A DNA stretch of 64,000 nucleotides from Candidatus Brennerbacteria bacterium (GTDB taxonomy: Bacteria > Patescibacteriota > Minisyncoccia > UBA6257 > GWB1-50-10). Under the pieces are notes generated by a model. It saw nothing but the letters and a program-made list of their open reading frames with translations. It was not told where the DNA came from and ran no database searches. A program made the position numbers and the translations under genes. The stretch covers positions 38,015 through 102,014 of the forward strand of contig JACPEK010000006.1 of assembly GCA_016183535.1 (NCBI GenBank), in the 5' to 3' direction. Below are positions 1-8,555 of this stretch, piece after piece (the stretch's first letter is position 1; every line of letters starts with the position of its first letter).

Positions 1-870
1 CACCATGCGTCGCAACATCCTCCGTTTCGTCGCAGTGCGGAGTACGCGGTGGTCAGGGAAGTGAACCCAACCGAGGAAGTCCACGCCGGAAGCGAGGGTA
101 CAAATGGAAACTTTGTCGGGATGGAGGTCGAGTTTCAGCCGCTCCTTAAGAAAGGTGGTAAGTTCGGGAAGAATGTGCGCAAGCCGCGCACGGCCCTGCG
201 AAAGCACCGTAAAATCATCGGCGTAGCGGAGGTAATGTTTCACTTTGAGTTTGTGTTTTACGAATTGGTCAAATTCGTTCATGTATACGTTCACGAGAAG
301 CTGGGAGGTGAGGTTGCCGAGTGGCAGGCCTTTCCCCTCTGCGCCAGAGGAGAAACTTTCGATTATGCGCTTGAGAAACCACATAACGTTCTCGTCTTTA
401 ATACCTCTCTCAAGAATCTCGATGAGAATGGTGTGGTTAATACTCGCGAAGAATTTTCTCACGTCGCACTTGAGAACCCAACAGGTGCGGGTGTTGTTGC
501 TACTGACTTTGTATGCAAACGAGCGGAACCTATTTATAGCTCGGTGGGTTCCCTTCCCCACGCGGCATGAGAAAGAATCGGCGATGAACCTCCGGTCAAA
601 ATAAGGGTAGAGGACGCGGTAGGCGGCGTGGTGGAGGAGGCGGTCGCGGACGGTCGCTTTGTGGATGTTCCGCGGTTTGGGGTCAGTAATGTTGAAGGCG
701 CGGTAAGGCCCATGGCGATACCTGCCGCTCACGAGGTCGCGGTGGAGCGCGAAGATATTATCCATGAGTCGTAGACCGAACTCTTGCACGTCCGGCTTTC
801 CCCGTTTCCCGCGCAAAAATCCGCGCCACGCTTCGAGTAAGTTTTCGACGCTCGTGATATCCTCAAACAT
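1..870 (-). CDS. DGR-type reverse transcriptase (3' end runs off the window)
   Basis: Manual translation from ATG at 870: MFEDITSVENLLEAW...DPKPRNIHKATVRDRLLHHA...SCRVGKGTHRA...KCDVRKFF...GLPLGNLTSQ...YLRYADDF...GVDFLGW. No stop before the window edge, so it is absent from the ORF track. LGNLTSQ and YADD are typical of DGR RTs. Confidence 0.95.
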   Translation of the reverse strand, partial: MFEDITSVENLLEAWRGFLRGKRGKPDVQEFGLRLMDNIFALHRDLVSGRYRHGPYRAFNITDPKPRNIHKATVRDRLLHHAAYRVLYPYFDRRFIADSFSCRVGKGTHRAINRFRSFAYKVSSNNTRTCWVLKCDVRKFFASINHTILIEILERGIKDENVMWFLKRIIESFSSGAEGKGLPLGNLTSQLLVNVYMNEFDQFVKHKLKVKHYLRYADDFTVLSQGRARLAHILPELTTFLKERLKLDLHPDKVSICTLASGVDFLGWVHFPDHRVLRTATKRRMLRRMV

Positions 871-1254
871 ATGCAACCTATAACCCCCCCCCCCCGACGC
901 AATCAGCTGCCGGTAATCCAGAAACTGGTGGCGGCGTATAAACTGTGGCACGCGTTAGTACAAAATTTTCGCAGGACATCACGTTACACGCTCGGAGCAA
1001 AAATCGATTCCTTGCTTCTTGAGGTGATTGAAAACACCGTCGCCGCAAGTTACCTGCCTATCCATGAAAAATCATCCGTACTCGCGAAGTCAATCTCAAA
1101 ACTAGACTTCGTAAAGTTCTTTCTCGAGGTGGCGTGGGAAATAAAAGAATTGGACTCTAAGAAATACATCGCCGTTTCCGAAAAGCTTGATGAAGCGGGC
1201 CGCATGCTCGGCGGATGGAAAAAGGGCCTCGAAAAGAAAACTCTCGCTCAATAG
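871..1254 (+). CDS. avd: DGR accessory variability determinant (Avd-like four-helix bundle)
   Basis: 127 aa basic protein with RYTLGAKID and LDEAGRMLGGWKK motifs, adjacent to the RT and the repeat. Confidence 0.88.
   Translation: MQPITPPPRRNQLPVIQKLVAAYKLWHALVQNFRRTSRYTLGAKIDSLLLEVIENTVAASYLPIHEKSSVLAKSISKLDFVKFFLEVAWEIKELDSKKYIAVSEKLDEAGRMLGGWKKGLEKKTLAQ
884..895 (+). repeat. C12 homopolymer (G12 on the RT strand)
   Basis: 12 consecutive C in avd codons 5-9, 14-25 nt upstream of the RT ATG. Confidence 0.9.
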
Positions 1255-1263
1255 GAGCGAGAG
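1241..1263. other. Hairpin between the TR-position repeat and the avd stop
   Basis: ctctcgctc-aatag-gagcgagag, perfect 9-bp stem. Confidence 0.7.
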
Positions 1264-1271
1264 AAACAGTG

Positions 1272-1389
1272 AGTTTCGGGACCACGAGACGAAGCCTGCC
1301 CCCAGCGAACCACACGCTGCCGTCCTCAAGCCGGCGCACGCGCACCCTGAGCGCGCCGCCCGAGCGCACGAACACGTCAGCAACGAAGA
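1272..1389 (-). repeat. DGR repeat at the template-region (TR) position
   Basis: 118-bp direct repeat of 1709-1826 with 3 mismatches (1276/1713, 1297/1734, 1345/1782); intergenic, next to avd. Confidence 0.85.
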
Positions 1390-1627
1390 CAATATGTACG
1401 AGGAGCCGTCTGCGCCACCACCCGTCGAATGTTCTCCGGGTTGTATCGTATGCGGGACCTTGAAGTCCTCCAGCTCGCCGCACCAACTGGCTGTTTTTTG
1501 TTTTGAAAACCGCACCCACGCTTTTGCAAGACGTGTCCGGCAAAATTCTCGGATCCGATATTCAGCAACCGCCACTTGAAGCCGTAGCCGCAAGATAGTT
1601 CCGGATTGCACTTTTTACTGTACAAAA

Positions 1628-1665
1628 AATCCCTTAGATTCTCAAACGCGAGAGTCTAAGGGATT
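1628..1665 (-). terminator. Hairpin downstream of VR (terminator and/or DGR target-recognition cruciform)
   Basis: aatcccttagattctc-aaacgc-gagagtctaagggatt, 16-bp stem with 1 mismatch and a T-run on the minus strand, about 36 nt after the target stop. Confidence 0.75.
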
Positions 1666-1701
1666 AAAGAATTAAATAATCGATCACTAAAGCACAAAGC
1701 G

Positions 1702-2226
1702 TCAAGCCAGTTGCGGGACCACGAGACGAAGCCAGCCCCCAGCGAACCACACGCTGCCGTCCTCAAGCCGGCGCACGCGCAACCTGAGCGCGCCGCCCGA
1801 GCGCACGAACACGTCAGCAACGAAGAATTTCCCCTTCGATCGGAAGAGAAAAAACGTTCCGTAGCCGTCCGTGCGAAGCCAGCCGCGGTGCTTTCTGACA
1901 AAGTTCTTGATCTGGGACTGTGTGAGGCAGAGCTTGTTCAAATCGTTTGAAAGCGACCCGAACATTTGCGCGAACGTGGCATTCTGAACCATTTCGTAGA
2001 CGCTCGCGGGCGTCTCTCCCGTCGCAGAACCCGCCTCGTCGGCACCGTAGTTCACGAAATCGGAATCGATGTAGGTGAAAATGTCTGTTGCCTTCGCGAG
2101 CGTTTCCGATCCGTCAACGGCATCGAGAACGATCGAGGTACCGGCCGAAATCAGCTTCAGGAATGCGTGCTTCGCGCCGTTTGCAGCTGCCACCATGAGC
2201 TGGATCTCGTTCAATTTGCGTGCCAT
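1702..2226 (-). CDS. DGR target protein with C-terminal variable region
   Basis: ATG 2226 preceded by GGAGG; the C-terminus FVADVFVRSGGALRLRVRRLEDGSVWFAGGWLRLVVPQLA is encoded by the repeat. Confidence 0.88.
   Translation of the reverse strand: MARKLNEIQLMVAAANGAKHAFLKLISAGTSIVLDAVDGSETLAKATDIFTYIDSDFVNYGADEAGSATGETPASVYEMVQNATFAQMFGSLSNDLNKLCLTQSQIKNFVRKHRGWLRTDGYGTFFLFRSKGKFFVADVFVRSGGALRLRVRRLEDGSVWFAGGWLRLVVPQLA
1709..1826 (-). repeat. DGR variable region (VR)
   Basis: Second repeat copy, at the extreme 3' end of the target gene. Confidence 0.88.
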
Positions 2227-2311
2227 GAGGCACCTCCATATATTTTGGCCACCCACCACTCCCTCGTTTGTTCGGGAGTATCGGGCTAGCCATTGTTAAT
2301 TTTGCTTTTCC

Positions 2312-2340
2312 ATTATAGCACGCATCAATATAAAAGTCAA
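2312..2340 (-). promoter_or_regulatory. Sigma70 promoter of the DGR target gene
   Basis: TTGACT-N17-TATAAT with extended -10 TG on the minus strand. Confidence 0.75.
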
Positions 2341-2428
2341 ATTCCTGTCATGGTTCAATACCTTGTAATCACCTAGGGTATGAAGATGGCATATTCAACC
2401 AATCTTCCCTTTCCCCTTCCTCTGGCAC

Positions 2429-2452
2429 GGTGCTTCGATTAATCGAAGCACC
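2429..2452. promoter_or_regulatory. Perfect 24-bp palindrome, putative operator
   Basis: ggtgcttcgattaatcgaagcacc, just before TGGTATAAT. Confidence 0.7.
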
Positions 2453-2514
2453 TGTGGTATAATAAACAAGGTAACAAGGTTGATGGTACTACGAACAAAC
2501 CACAACATATAAAT

Positions 2515-2904
2515 ATGGTCCGGGTAAATAAAACCCAATTCCCCGTGAAGTTGAGGAGAGAGGCGCGGGAGCGTCTCCGACGCTTGCTCCACGGAACGGC
2601 TTCCGGCGAGGAACTTTTTCGCACTCTCGCGCAAATTCTCACGCCCATGGAGTTGCTCCTCATTGAGAAACGGCTCGCCATACCAATCCTTCTCGCGCGC
2701 GGCATGAGCTACCGCGAGATTGGGCGCACTATTGATGTGGGCCCTGCCGCCATCAGCTTCGTGAAACATCACCTCACGCGAAAGCCGAGGGTGCCGCGCC
2801 GTTACGACGCCCTCCCTCCGATTCGCAGGAGCAAGGAACACTGGATGGAAAAACAAAAGCGAGGCAAGAAACAATACTACATGGGCGTGAGAGTAGTTTG
2901 GTAA
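2515..2904 (+). CDS. TrpR-like (YerC/YecD type) helix-turn-helix protein
   Basis: ILTPMELLLIEKRLAI..LL.RGMSYREIGRTIDVGPAAISFV HTH pattern. Confidence 0.75.
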   Translation: MVRVNKTQFPVKLRREARERLRRLLHGTASGEELFRTLAQILTPMELLLIEKRLAIPILLARGMSYREIGRTIDVGPAAISFVKHHLTRKPRVPRRYDALPPIRRSKEHWMEKQKRGKKQYYMGVRVVW

Positions 2905-2939
2905 ATAGAGCAGATAAACCGCCATGTGCGAAACAAAAA

Positions 2940-2971
2940 ACAAAGCGCTTCGATTAATCGAAGCGCTTTGT
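2940..2971. repeat. Perfect 32-bp palindrome sharing the core GCTTCGATTAATCGAAGC with 2429-2452
   Basis: acaaagcgcttcgattaatcgaagcgctttgt. Confidence 0.8.
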
Positions 2972-3005
2972 GCTGTCTCACCACTACCATTCCCCTTGCT
3001 TTTCC

Positions 3006-4262
3006 CTACTTTCCTATCTCCTTCTTCCCAAGATATGCTTGGAGCACTTTCGGGATCTTTACGGTGCCGTCCTTGGTTTGATTATTCTCAATGATCGCGA
3101 TTAAGGTGCGGCCGATCGCGAACGCGGTGCCGTTCAGCATGTGAGCGTACGCTTTCTCGCCGCTTTTTCTCTTCACTTTTACGTTCACCCCACGCGCCTG
3201 AAAATCGGTGGTGTTCGAGCACGACTGCGTCTCGCGATACGTTCCCTCGCTCGGAAACCACGTTTCGATGTCGAATTGACGCGCGTCGGTCCATCCCATG
3301 TCGCCTACGCAGATTTCGACAACGCGATACGGGAGTTCCAATTTCTGCATGAGTTCCTCCTGTCGATCGAGGAGGAAGCGGTGTTCTTTTTCCGACTCGG
3401 CGGGGTTGGCGAACGAAAACATCTCCACCTTGTCGAATTGGTGAACCCGCAAAATTCCTTTCGTATCTTTGCCGTAGCTCCCCGCCTCCCGCCGGAAGCA
3501 GGTAGAAAATCCGACGTATCGCCGCGGAAGCGATTGCTCGTCAAGCATCTCATCCATATGCAAGGGCCCCAAGGTGTGTTCCGCGCTCCCCACGAGGTAG
3601 AGATCATCCTTCGGAAGATAATACCGCTCTTCTTTCTGATCCGACGCGAGACGTCCCATGCCCATGAATACCTCGGGGCGTATCATTACCGGCGGCACCA
3701 CCGGCACAAAGCCGCGCGCGGTCAGAACCTCCATCGCGAGACGGACGAGCGCAAATTCGAGGAGCGCGCCGTCCCCCATGAGATACCCAAAGCGGCTTCC
3801 CGCGACCGTGGCGGCCCGCTTCACCTCGATCATCCCGAGCGGCTGGGCGATCGCAAGGTAGTCCTTCGGTTTGAAATCAAACCGCGGCTTTTCTCCGACT
3901 TCGCGAAGCGTCTTATTCCCCGACGCATCGAAACCGTCCAGCACGTCCGAAAACGGCGGATTCGGAAACTGTTCAAGAAGCACGGCCCGTTTTTTTTCGA
4001 CGTCCGCGAGCGACGCCGCCACCTCCGCGATGCGGTTCTTTAATATTTGCGCCTGCGAGAGAAGTTCCTCGCTTCTCGTCTCCGCGAGCGATTTCGACGC
4101 GGTCCTCTGTTCAGCCTGCAAAACATCAAGCGCCGCCCGTTTCGTGCGCCAGTTTTGGTCTACCCGCAGAAACTTTTCGACGAACTTCGGATCCACCCTC
4201 TTTCGTGCGAGGGCTCGCTTCGCGTCTTCCGGATTATCACGCAACCACTGAATATCAATCAT
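3006..4262 (-). CDS. serS: Serine--tRNA ligase
   Basis: FRREAGSYGKDTKGILRVHQFDKVE, SCSNTTDFQAR, HMLNGT. Confidence 0.98.
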   Translation of the reverse strand: MIDIQWLRDNPEDAKRALARKRVDPKFVEKFLRVDQNWRTKRAALDVLQAEQRTASKSLAETRSEELLSQAQILKNRIAEVAASLADVEKKRAVLLEQFPNPPFSDVLDGFDASGNKTLREVGEKPRFDFKPKDYLAIAQPLGMIEVKRAATVAGSRFGYLMGDGALLEFALVRLAMEVLTARGFVPVVPPVMIRPEVFMGMGRLASDQKEERYYLPKDDLYLVGSAEHTLGPLHMDEMLDEQSLPRRYVGFSTCFRREAGSYGKDTKGILRVHQFDKVEMFSFANPAESEKEHRFLLDRQEELMQKLELPYRVVEICVGDMGWTDARQFDIETWFPSEGTYRETQSCSNTTDFQARGVNVKVKRKSGEKAYAHMLNGTAFAIGRTLIAIIENNQTKDGTVKIPKVLQAYLGKKEIGK

Positions 4263-5706
4263 GTTTTTTACCTTCCGGCCTCATCAAAGGGAACAATGTG
4301 GTTTCACGGATCGGTTTGTCCATGAGGATTGCGAAGAGACGCTCGGAGAGACCGAAGCCCGCCGCGGGCGGCATGCCATACTCCAACGCTTCGATGAAAT
4401 CCTCGTCCATCCGCTGGGCTTCGCGATCTCCCGCCGCCCGCGCCTTCTCCTGTTCTTTAAAACGCGCGCGCTGATCTACGGGATCGTTCAGTTCCGAAAA
4501 TCCTTTCCCCAACTCCGTGCCACCCGCCACAATCTGAAAACGCGCGACGCGAGTTCGATCGTGCGACAGACGCTTCGCGAGCGGTTCCACCTCCACCGGC
4601 GGGTCCACGAGGAAACACGGCTGGGTCAGCTTTGGCCGCACGGTTTTTTTATAGATGAGATCAATAAGCCGCCCCTTCTTCGCGTTCGGCTCTGGTTTCG
4701 CGCCCACCCTCACCGCTTTTAACCTCAACTCCTTCTCGGTCGCCTTCGCAAGATCGAGACCCGTTGCTTTCTTGAACGCGTCGAAGTAGTCCACCCGCTT
4801 CCATTTCGCATTCCATTTAAGCGTCTCTTTCCCGAATTTGGTCGTCGTGCCGCCCGTCGTTTCTTTCACCACTTGTTTATAGAGCGCCTCTGTGAACCTC
4901 ATCATTCGCTCGTAATCCCAGTACGCGGCATAACACTCCATCTGCGTGTAATCCTGAAGATGTTCCCGGTCGATCCCTTCGTTCCGGAAGACGCGCCCGA
5001 TTTCGAATACCTTCTCGAATCCGCCGACCAAGAGGCGCTTCAAGGGAAGCTCCAAGGAGATGCGAAGGTAAAAATCGGCATCAAGCGCGTTAAGGTGCGT
5101 GACAAAGGGTTCCGCATCGGCGCCGCCGGGGACCGCTTCTAAAACCCCCGTTTCTACCTCATGAAATCCTTCAGCGATAAGCTCACGCCGGATCGTACTC
5201 CAAAACCGCTCTTTTTTGAGAAAGAGTTCTTTCGTCTCCGGGTGTACCAGTAAATCAAGATAGCGTTTCCGGAGGCGCGTCTCCACGTCCTCAAGTCCAT
5301 ACCAGTGCACGGGGAACGGACGCATGCTTTTCACCGCGATACGGAGCGCCGCCACCGCAAGACTTTTCGTTCCGCGCTTCGTCGTCGTGGGGATTCCTTT
5401 CGCTTCCACGAAATCGCCGACGTCCAATGTTTGCTTGAGAAACGCAAACCGTTTTGTGACGCCGTGCGCAAGCACTAATTGGATGGCGCCGCTCTCGTCC
5501 GCACAATTCGCAAACACGATTTTCCCCTGATCGCGGAGCGAGGTAACGCGGCCCACAAGCGTGAGGGAGGATTTTTTCTTTCTGCCGAATGAGCCGAGCG
5601 CTTCCGCGATATGCACATCGCGAACCACGCGCGCGGGATAGGAGTCGGCTTCGCGCTCGTACCGTTCCCGTTTCCTCGCCCGTTCCGCCAGAATATCTTC
5701 CAGCAT
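4255..5706 (-). CDS. lysS: Lysine--tRNA ligase (class II)
   Basis: YLRISLELPLKRLLVGG, FRNEGID, ALEYGMPPAAG. Confidence 0.98.
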   Translation of the reverse strand: MLEDILAERARKRERYEREADSYPARVVRDVHIAEALGSFGRKKKSSLTLVGRVTSLRDQGKIVFANCADESGAIQLVLAHGVTKRFAFLKQTLDVGDFVEAKGIPTTTKRGTKSLAVAALRIAVKSMRPFPVHWYGLEDVETRLRKRYLDLLVHPETKELFLKKERFWSTIRRELIAEGFHEVETGVLEAVPGGADAEPFVTHLNALDADFYLRISLELPLKRLLVGGFEKVFEIGRVFRNEGIDREHLQDYTQMECYAAYWDYERMMRFTEALYKQVVKETTGGTTTKFGKETLKWNAKWKRVDYFDAFKKATGLDLAKATEKELRLKAVRVGAKPEPNAKKGRLIDLIYKKTVRPKLTQPCFLVDPPVEVEPLAKRLSHDRTRVARFQIVAGGTELGKGFSELNDPVDQRARFKEQEKARAAGDREAQRMDEDFIEALEYGMPPAAGFGLSERLFAILMDKPIRETTLFPLMRPEGKKHD

Positions 5707-5707
5707 G

Positions 5708-6178
5708 TTATTCGATCCTCACCACCTGATATGCGTTCATTCCTTTCGGCGTGGTAATGGTCACCGTATCACCCACCTTTTTTCCGAGAAGCGCGCAACC
5801 AAGGGGCGATTCGTTCGAGATAAACCCCTCGGCGGGTTTTGCTTCGTTTGAACCGACGATCGCGAACGTCGTTTCGCTAAAACCTTCGCCGAGCCGCGTT
5901 ACCGTCACCCTACCGCCAATTCGCACGGTGGAATTCCCGCCCGTTTTTTTGATGATGACGGAGTTGCGGAGAAGCTCTTCGAGTTCATGGATCCGTCCCT
6001 CGAGGCGGGATTGCTCTTCCCGCGCATCGTGGTAATCAAAATTCTCGGAGAGGTCTCCGAGGTCCTTGGCGTTCTTGAGGCGTTCCGCGACGCGCTTGCG
6101 ATCGTCCGTTTTCAGTTTGTGCACTTCCCGAACGATCTCGTCGTATCGTTCCTGGGTGAGGTAGGTGTGGGTGAGCAT
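5708..6178 (-). CDS. greA: Transcription elongation factor GreA
   Basis: GDLSENFDY, ISNESPLG. Confidence 0.97.
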   Translation of the reverse strand: MLTHTYLTQERYDEIVREVHKLKTDDRKRVAERLKNAKDLGDLSENFDYHDAREEQSRLEGRIHELEELLRNSVIIKKTGGNSTVRIGGRVTVTRLGEGFSETTFAIVGSNEAKPAEGFISNESPLGCALLGKKVGDTVTITTPKGMNAYQVVRIE

Positions 6179-6198
6179 GATGTTCGGTCGGCGTAACT

Positions 6199-8052
6199 TT
6201 ATTTTTTGATTCGGTGGTCATAGTACCATAGGAACGCGTCGCGTGCCACTGGTATCGTGTTGAGACTCCCCTCCCGCGCGTCTTCGACGAGGATGAGTAA
6301 CGCGAGTTCCGGGTCATCCGCGGGAGCATATCCCGCGAAAAACGCGTTGAGTTTGGCGTTGCCGCTCACCTGCGCGGTGCCGGTTTTTGCCGCAACCGCG
6401 AGGGGAAGATCCGCGAGCGAACGCGCCGTACCGTAGGGAGCCCGCACCACGTCGCGCATGCCCTCCCTCACCTCGGGGATCGCCTCCCCCGCGCGTGCCG
6501 AGAGGTCGGCGCGCACCTCCGACTCGTTCAATATTTTCGTTTCACCCTCTTTCTCCACCGCGCGCGCCACCTGCGGGCGCCAGAGCGTGCCGCCGTTCGC
6601 GATCGCCGCGATGGCATCAAGAAGTCCGAGGGGGGTGACTGTAAGATCGCCCTGCCCGATCGCCACATGATATGTATCCCCCACCCGCCACGGTTCGCCC
6701 CGCGCTGTTTCTTTCCAGGCAGGATCGGGAAGAAACCCTTTTTTTTCTCCGGGAAGATCGATACCCGTCGCTTCTCCCAGCCCGAACCGCTTCCACCACT
6801 CGTTGAGCGTTTCGATGCCGATACCCCGCTGACGCTCGAACCCTCCCGCCACTTCGTAGAAATAGATGTTCGACGATCGCGCGAGTGCGGAACGAATATC
6901 CACCCATCCGTGCGCCTGATTGTCGGGAAAGCGGGTTGGGCGCGAAGAATCGTAGGGGTTCGGCACCTCAATAAAACCGGCGGAAAAAATCCGATCTTCG
7001 GACCCGATTACGCCTTCGCTAAGCGCCGCGATGCCCACCACCGGTTTTATGGTCGAACCTGGATTGTAGGTTCCTTGGAGCGGACGGTTAAAAAGCGGGT
7101 TCCCGGAGGACGTGAGATATTTTGCAACCGCGGCCGGCTCGAAACTCGGAATGGAAACTAAAGCTCTCACTTCGCCGTTCCGGGGATCCATCGCGAGCGC
7201 CGCACCCGCGGTCCTGCCTAATTCGCGGAGGGCGCGCGCGAGACGATCGTAGAGAAATTCTTGAAATTCCCCGTCAATGAAGGTGCGCACCTCCGCGCCC
7301 GCGGTGGGCGCTTCATACCGCGTTTCCCCCTGCGGCTCTCCCCGCGCATTCCGATACGTAACGGTGCGTCCGTCCTTTCCGCGGAGCCACTCGTCGTACG
7401 AAGCCTCGAGCCCCGTACGGCCGATAACGCTCTCGGGACCCAAACGCTCATCGCGCGCGAGATCATCCGTTCCCACGCGACCGGTATATCCCAAAAGGTG
7501 CGCGTACGCGAAGGGATGCGCCGACACGCGCGCGAACGAACGTTCGACACGCACGCCGGGAATCGGGTCCGCGGCCAGCGCGATAAGCGTCTCTCGCGAA
7601 AGACCGTCCGCGAGCACGAGTCGCTCCGAAACATTCCAATCTTTCGCGGCGACGCGGGTTCGGAGATCCGCGGCATCTTCCCCGAAAAGCACGGCGAGAC
7701 GCGCGAGCGCGGCGTTCCGTTCGTCTGAACCGGCGGGAAAATCACGCAGTACGAGCGCCGCGCTCCACGAGGGAACGTTCGAGACAAGCGGCGCACCGAA
7801 CCGATCGCGAATGATACCGCGGGGAGCCGGCTCCACGCGCACATCTGTCATGTTTGCTTCCGCCCGCGCGCGGTAGAAATCGTACTTGAACCCCGCGAGC
7901 GCAAATACTTTGGCGCCCACCGCGACGGCAACCCCGACGGCAATCAAAAGAAAAACCTTGAACGCGCGGTCTCCGAGCGGCACATGGAGGAGCGCGTCCT
8001 GCGCCGCATAATCAGCGAGCACCTCTTCCCATTCAAAGCGCGTTTTTGTCAT
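6199..8052 (-). CDS. mrdA: Penicillin-binding protein 2
   Basis: PGSTIK (SxxK), SSN and KTGT motifs; located in the mre cluster. Confidence 0.93.
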   Translation of the reverse strand: MTKTRFEWEEVLADYAAQDALLHVPLGDRAFKVFLLIAVGVAVAVGAKVFALAGFKYDFYRARAEANMTDVRVEPAPRGIIRDRFGAPLVSNVPSWSAALVLRDFPAGSDERNAALARLAVLFGEDAADLRTRVAAKDWNVSERLVLADGLSRETLIALAADPIPGVRVERSFARVSAHPFAYAHLLGYTGRVGTDDLARDERLGPESVIGRTGLEASYDEWLRGKDGRTVTYRNARGEPQGETRYEAPTAGAEVRTFIDGEFQEFLYDRLARALRELGRTAGAALAMDPRNGEVRALVSIPSFEPAAVAKYLTSSGNPLFNRPLQGTYNPGSTIKPVVGIAALSEGVIGSEDRIFSAGFIEVPNPYDSSRPTRFPDNQAHGWVDIRSALARSSNIYFYEVAGGFERQRGIGIETLNEWWKRFGLGEATGIDLPGEKKGFLPDPAWKETARGEPWRVGDTYHVAIGQGDLTVTPLGLLDAIAAIANGGTLWRPQVARAVEKEGETKILNESEVRADLSARAGEAIPEVREGMRDVVRAPYGTARSLADLPLAVAAKTGTAQVSGNAKLNAFFAGYAPADDPELALLILVEDAREGSLNTIPVARDAFLWYYDHRIKK

Positions 8053-8552
8053 GTGCGAAACCGTTCACTCTGGAAGGCGGAGTGGAATCGGCCCGTAGAC
8101 AAACGCCGCCGCTCGAACAGGACAAACGCCGCGATCCCAACAACCATATTCATGACGAGCGAGAGTCCGATCGCTAAAAAATCAATTTCCCCTTTTCCGA
8201 GAAAACCGCCAGCGGCCGCCACAACAGTGCCGAGGGCAAGCAATATCGAAAAATCGGAAAGCCGGTTTCCGGTAAGGAGCGGCGCCGCCCATATGAGAAG
8301 AAGCCATATGAACCCCGCGGCGGCGGCCGTAAGCACCCAAAACGGCGCCATGAAAAACGCGAGGATGAATAGCGCGAACGCGAGAAACCCCGCGAACCAC
8401 CGCGCGCCGAAGAACGCGACAAGTAGCATAAGAATGAATGTCGCAAAAATTCCCGCGCCCCCCGCGCGGAACGCACCGGAGAGCTCCAAAAAAAACGCCA
8501 CGGCGAATCCGGCAGTGAGCCATGCGTAGTGATGGATCGGAACGTGCGGCAT
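8049..8552 (-). CDS. Membrane protein, probable divergent MreD
   Basis: About 5 TM segments; position between mreC and PBP2. Confidence 0.55.
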   Translation of the reverse strand: MPHVPIHHYAWLTAGFAVAFFLELSGAFRAGGAGIFATFILMLLVAFFGARWFAGFLAFALFILAFFMAPFWVLTAAAAGFIWLLLIWAAPLLTGNRLSDFSILLALGTVVAAAGGFLGKGEIDFLAIGLSLVMNMVVGIAAFVLFERRRLSTGRFHSAFQSERFRT

Positions 8553-8555
8553 ATC

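Noticed and set aside
49-604. Plus-strand ORFs of 173 and 119 aa
   Set aside because: Antisense shadows of the RT
1-870. Group II intron or retron RT
   Set aside because: The LGNLTSQ motif, adjacent avd and the paired repeat fit a DGR; the 3' end is outside the window
1157-1543. 128-aa minus-strand ORF containing the repeat, as a second DGR target
   Set aside because: The repeat is mid-ORF, there is no similarity to the target outside it, and it overlaps avd; more likely a read-through of the TR region, though not fully excluded
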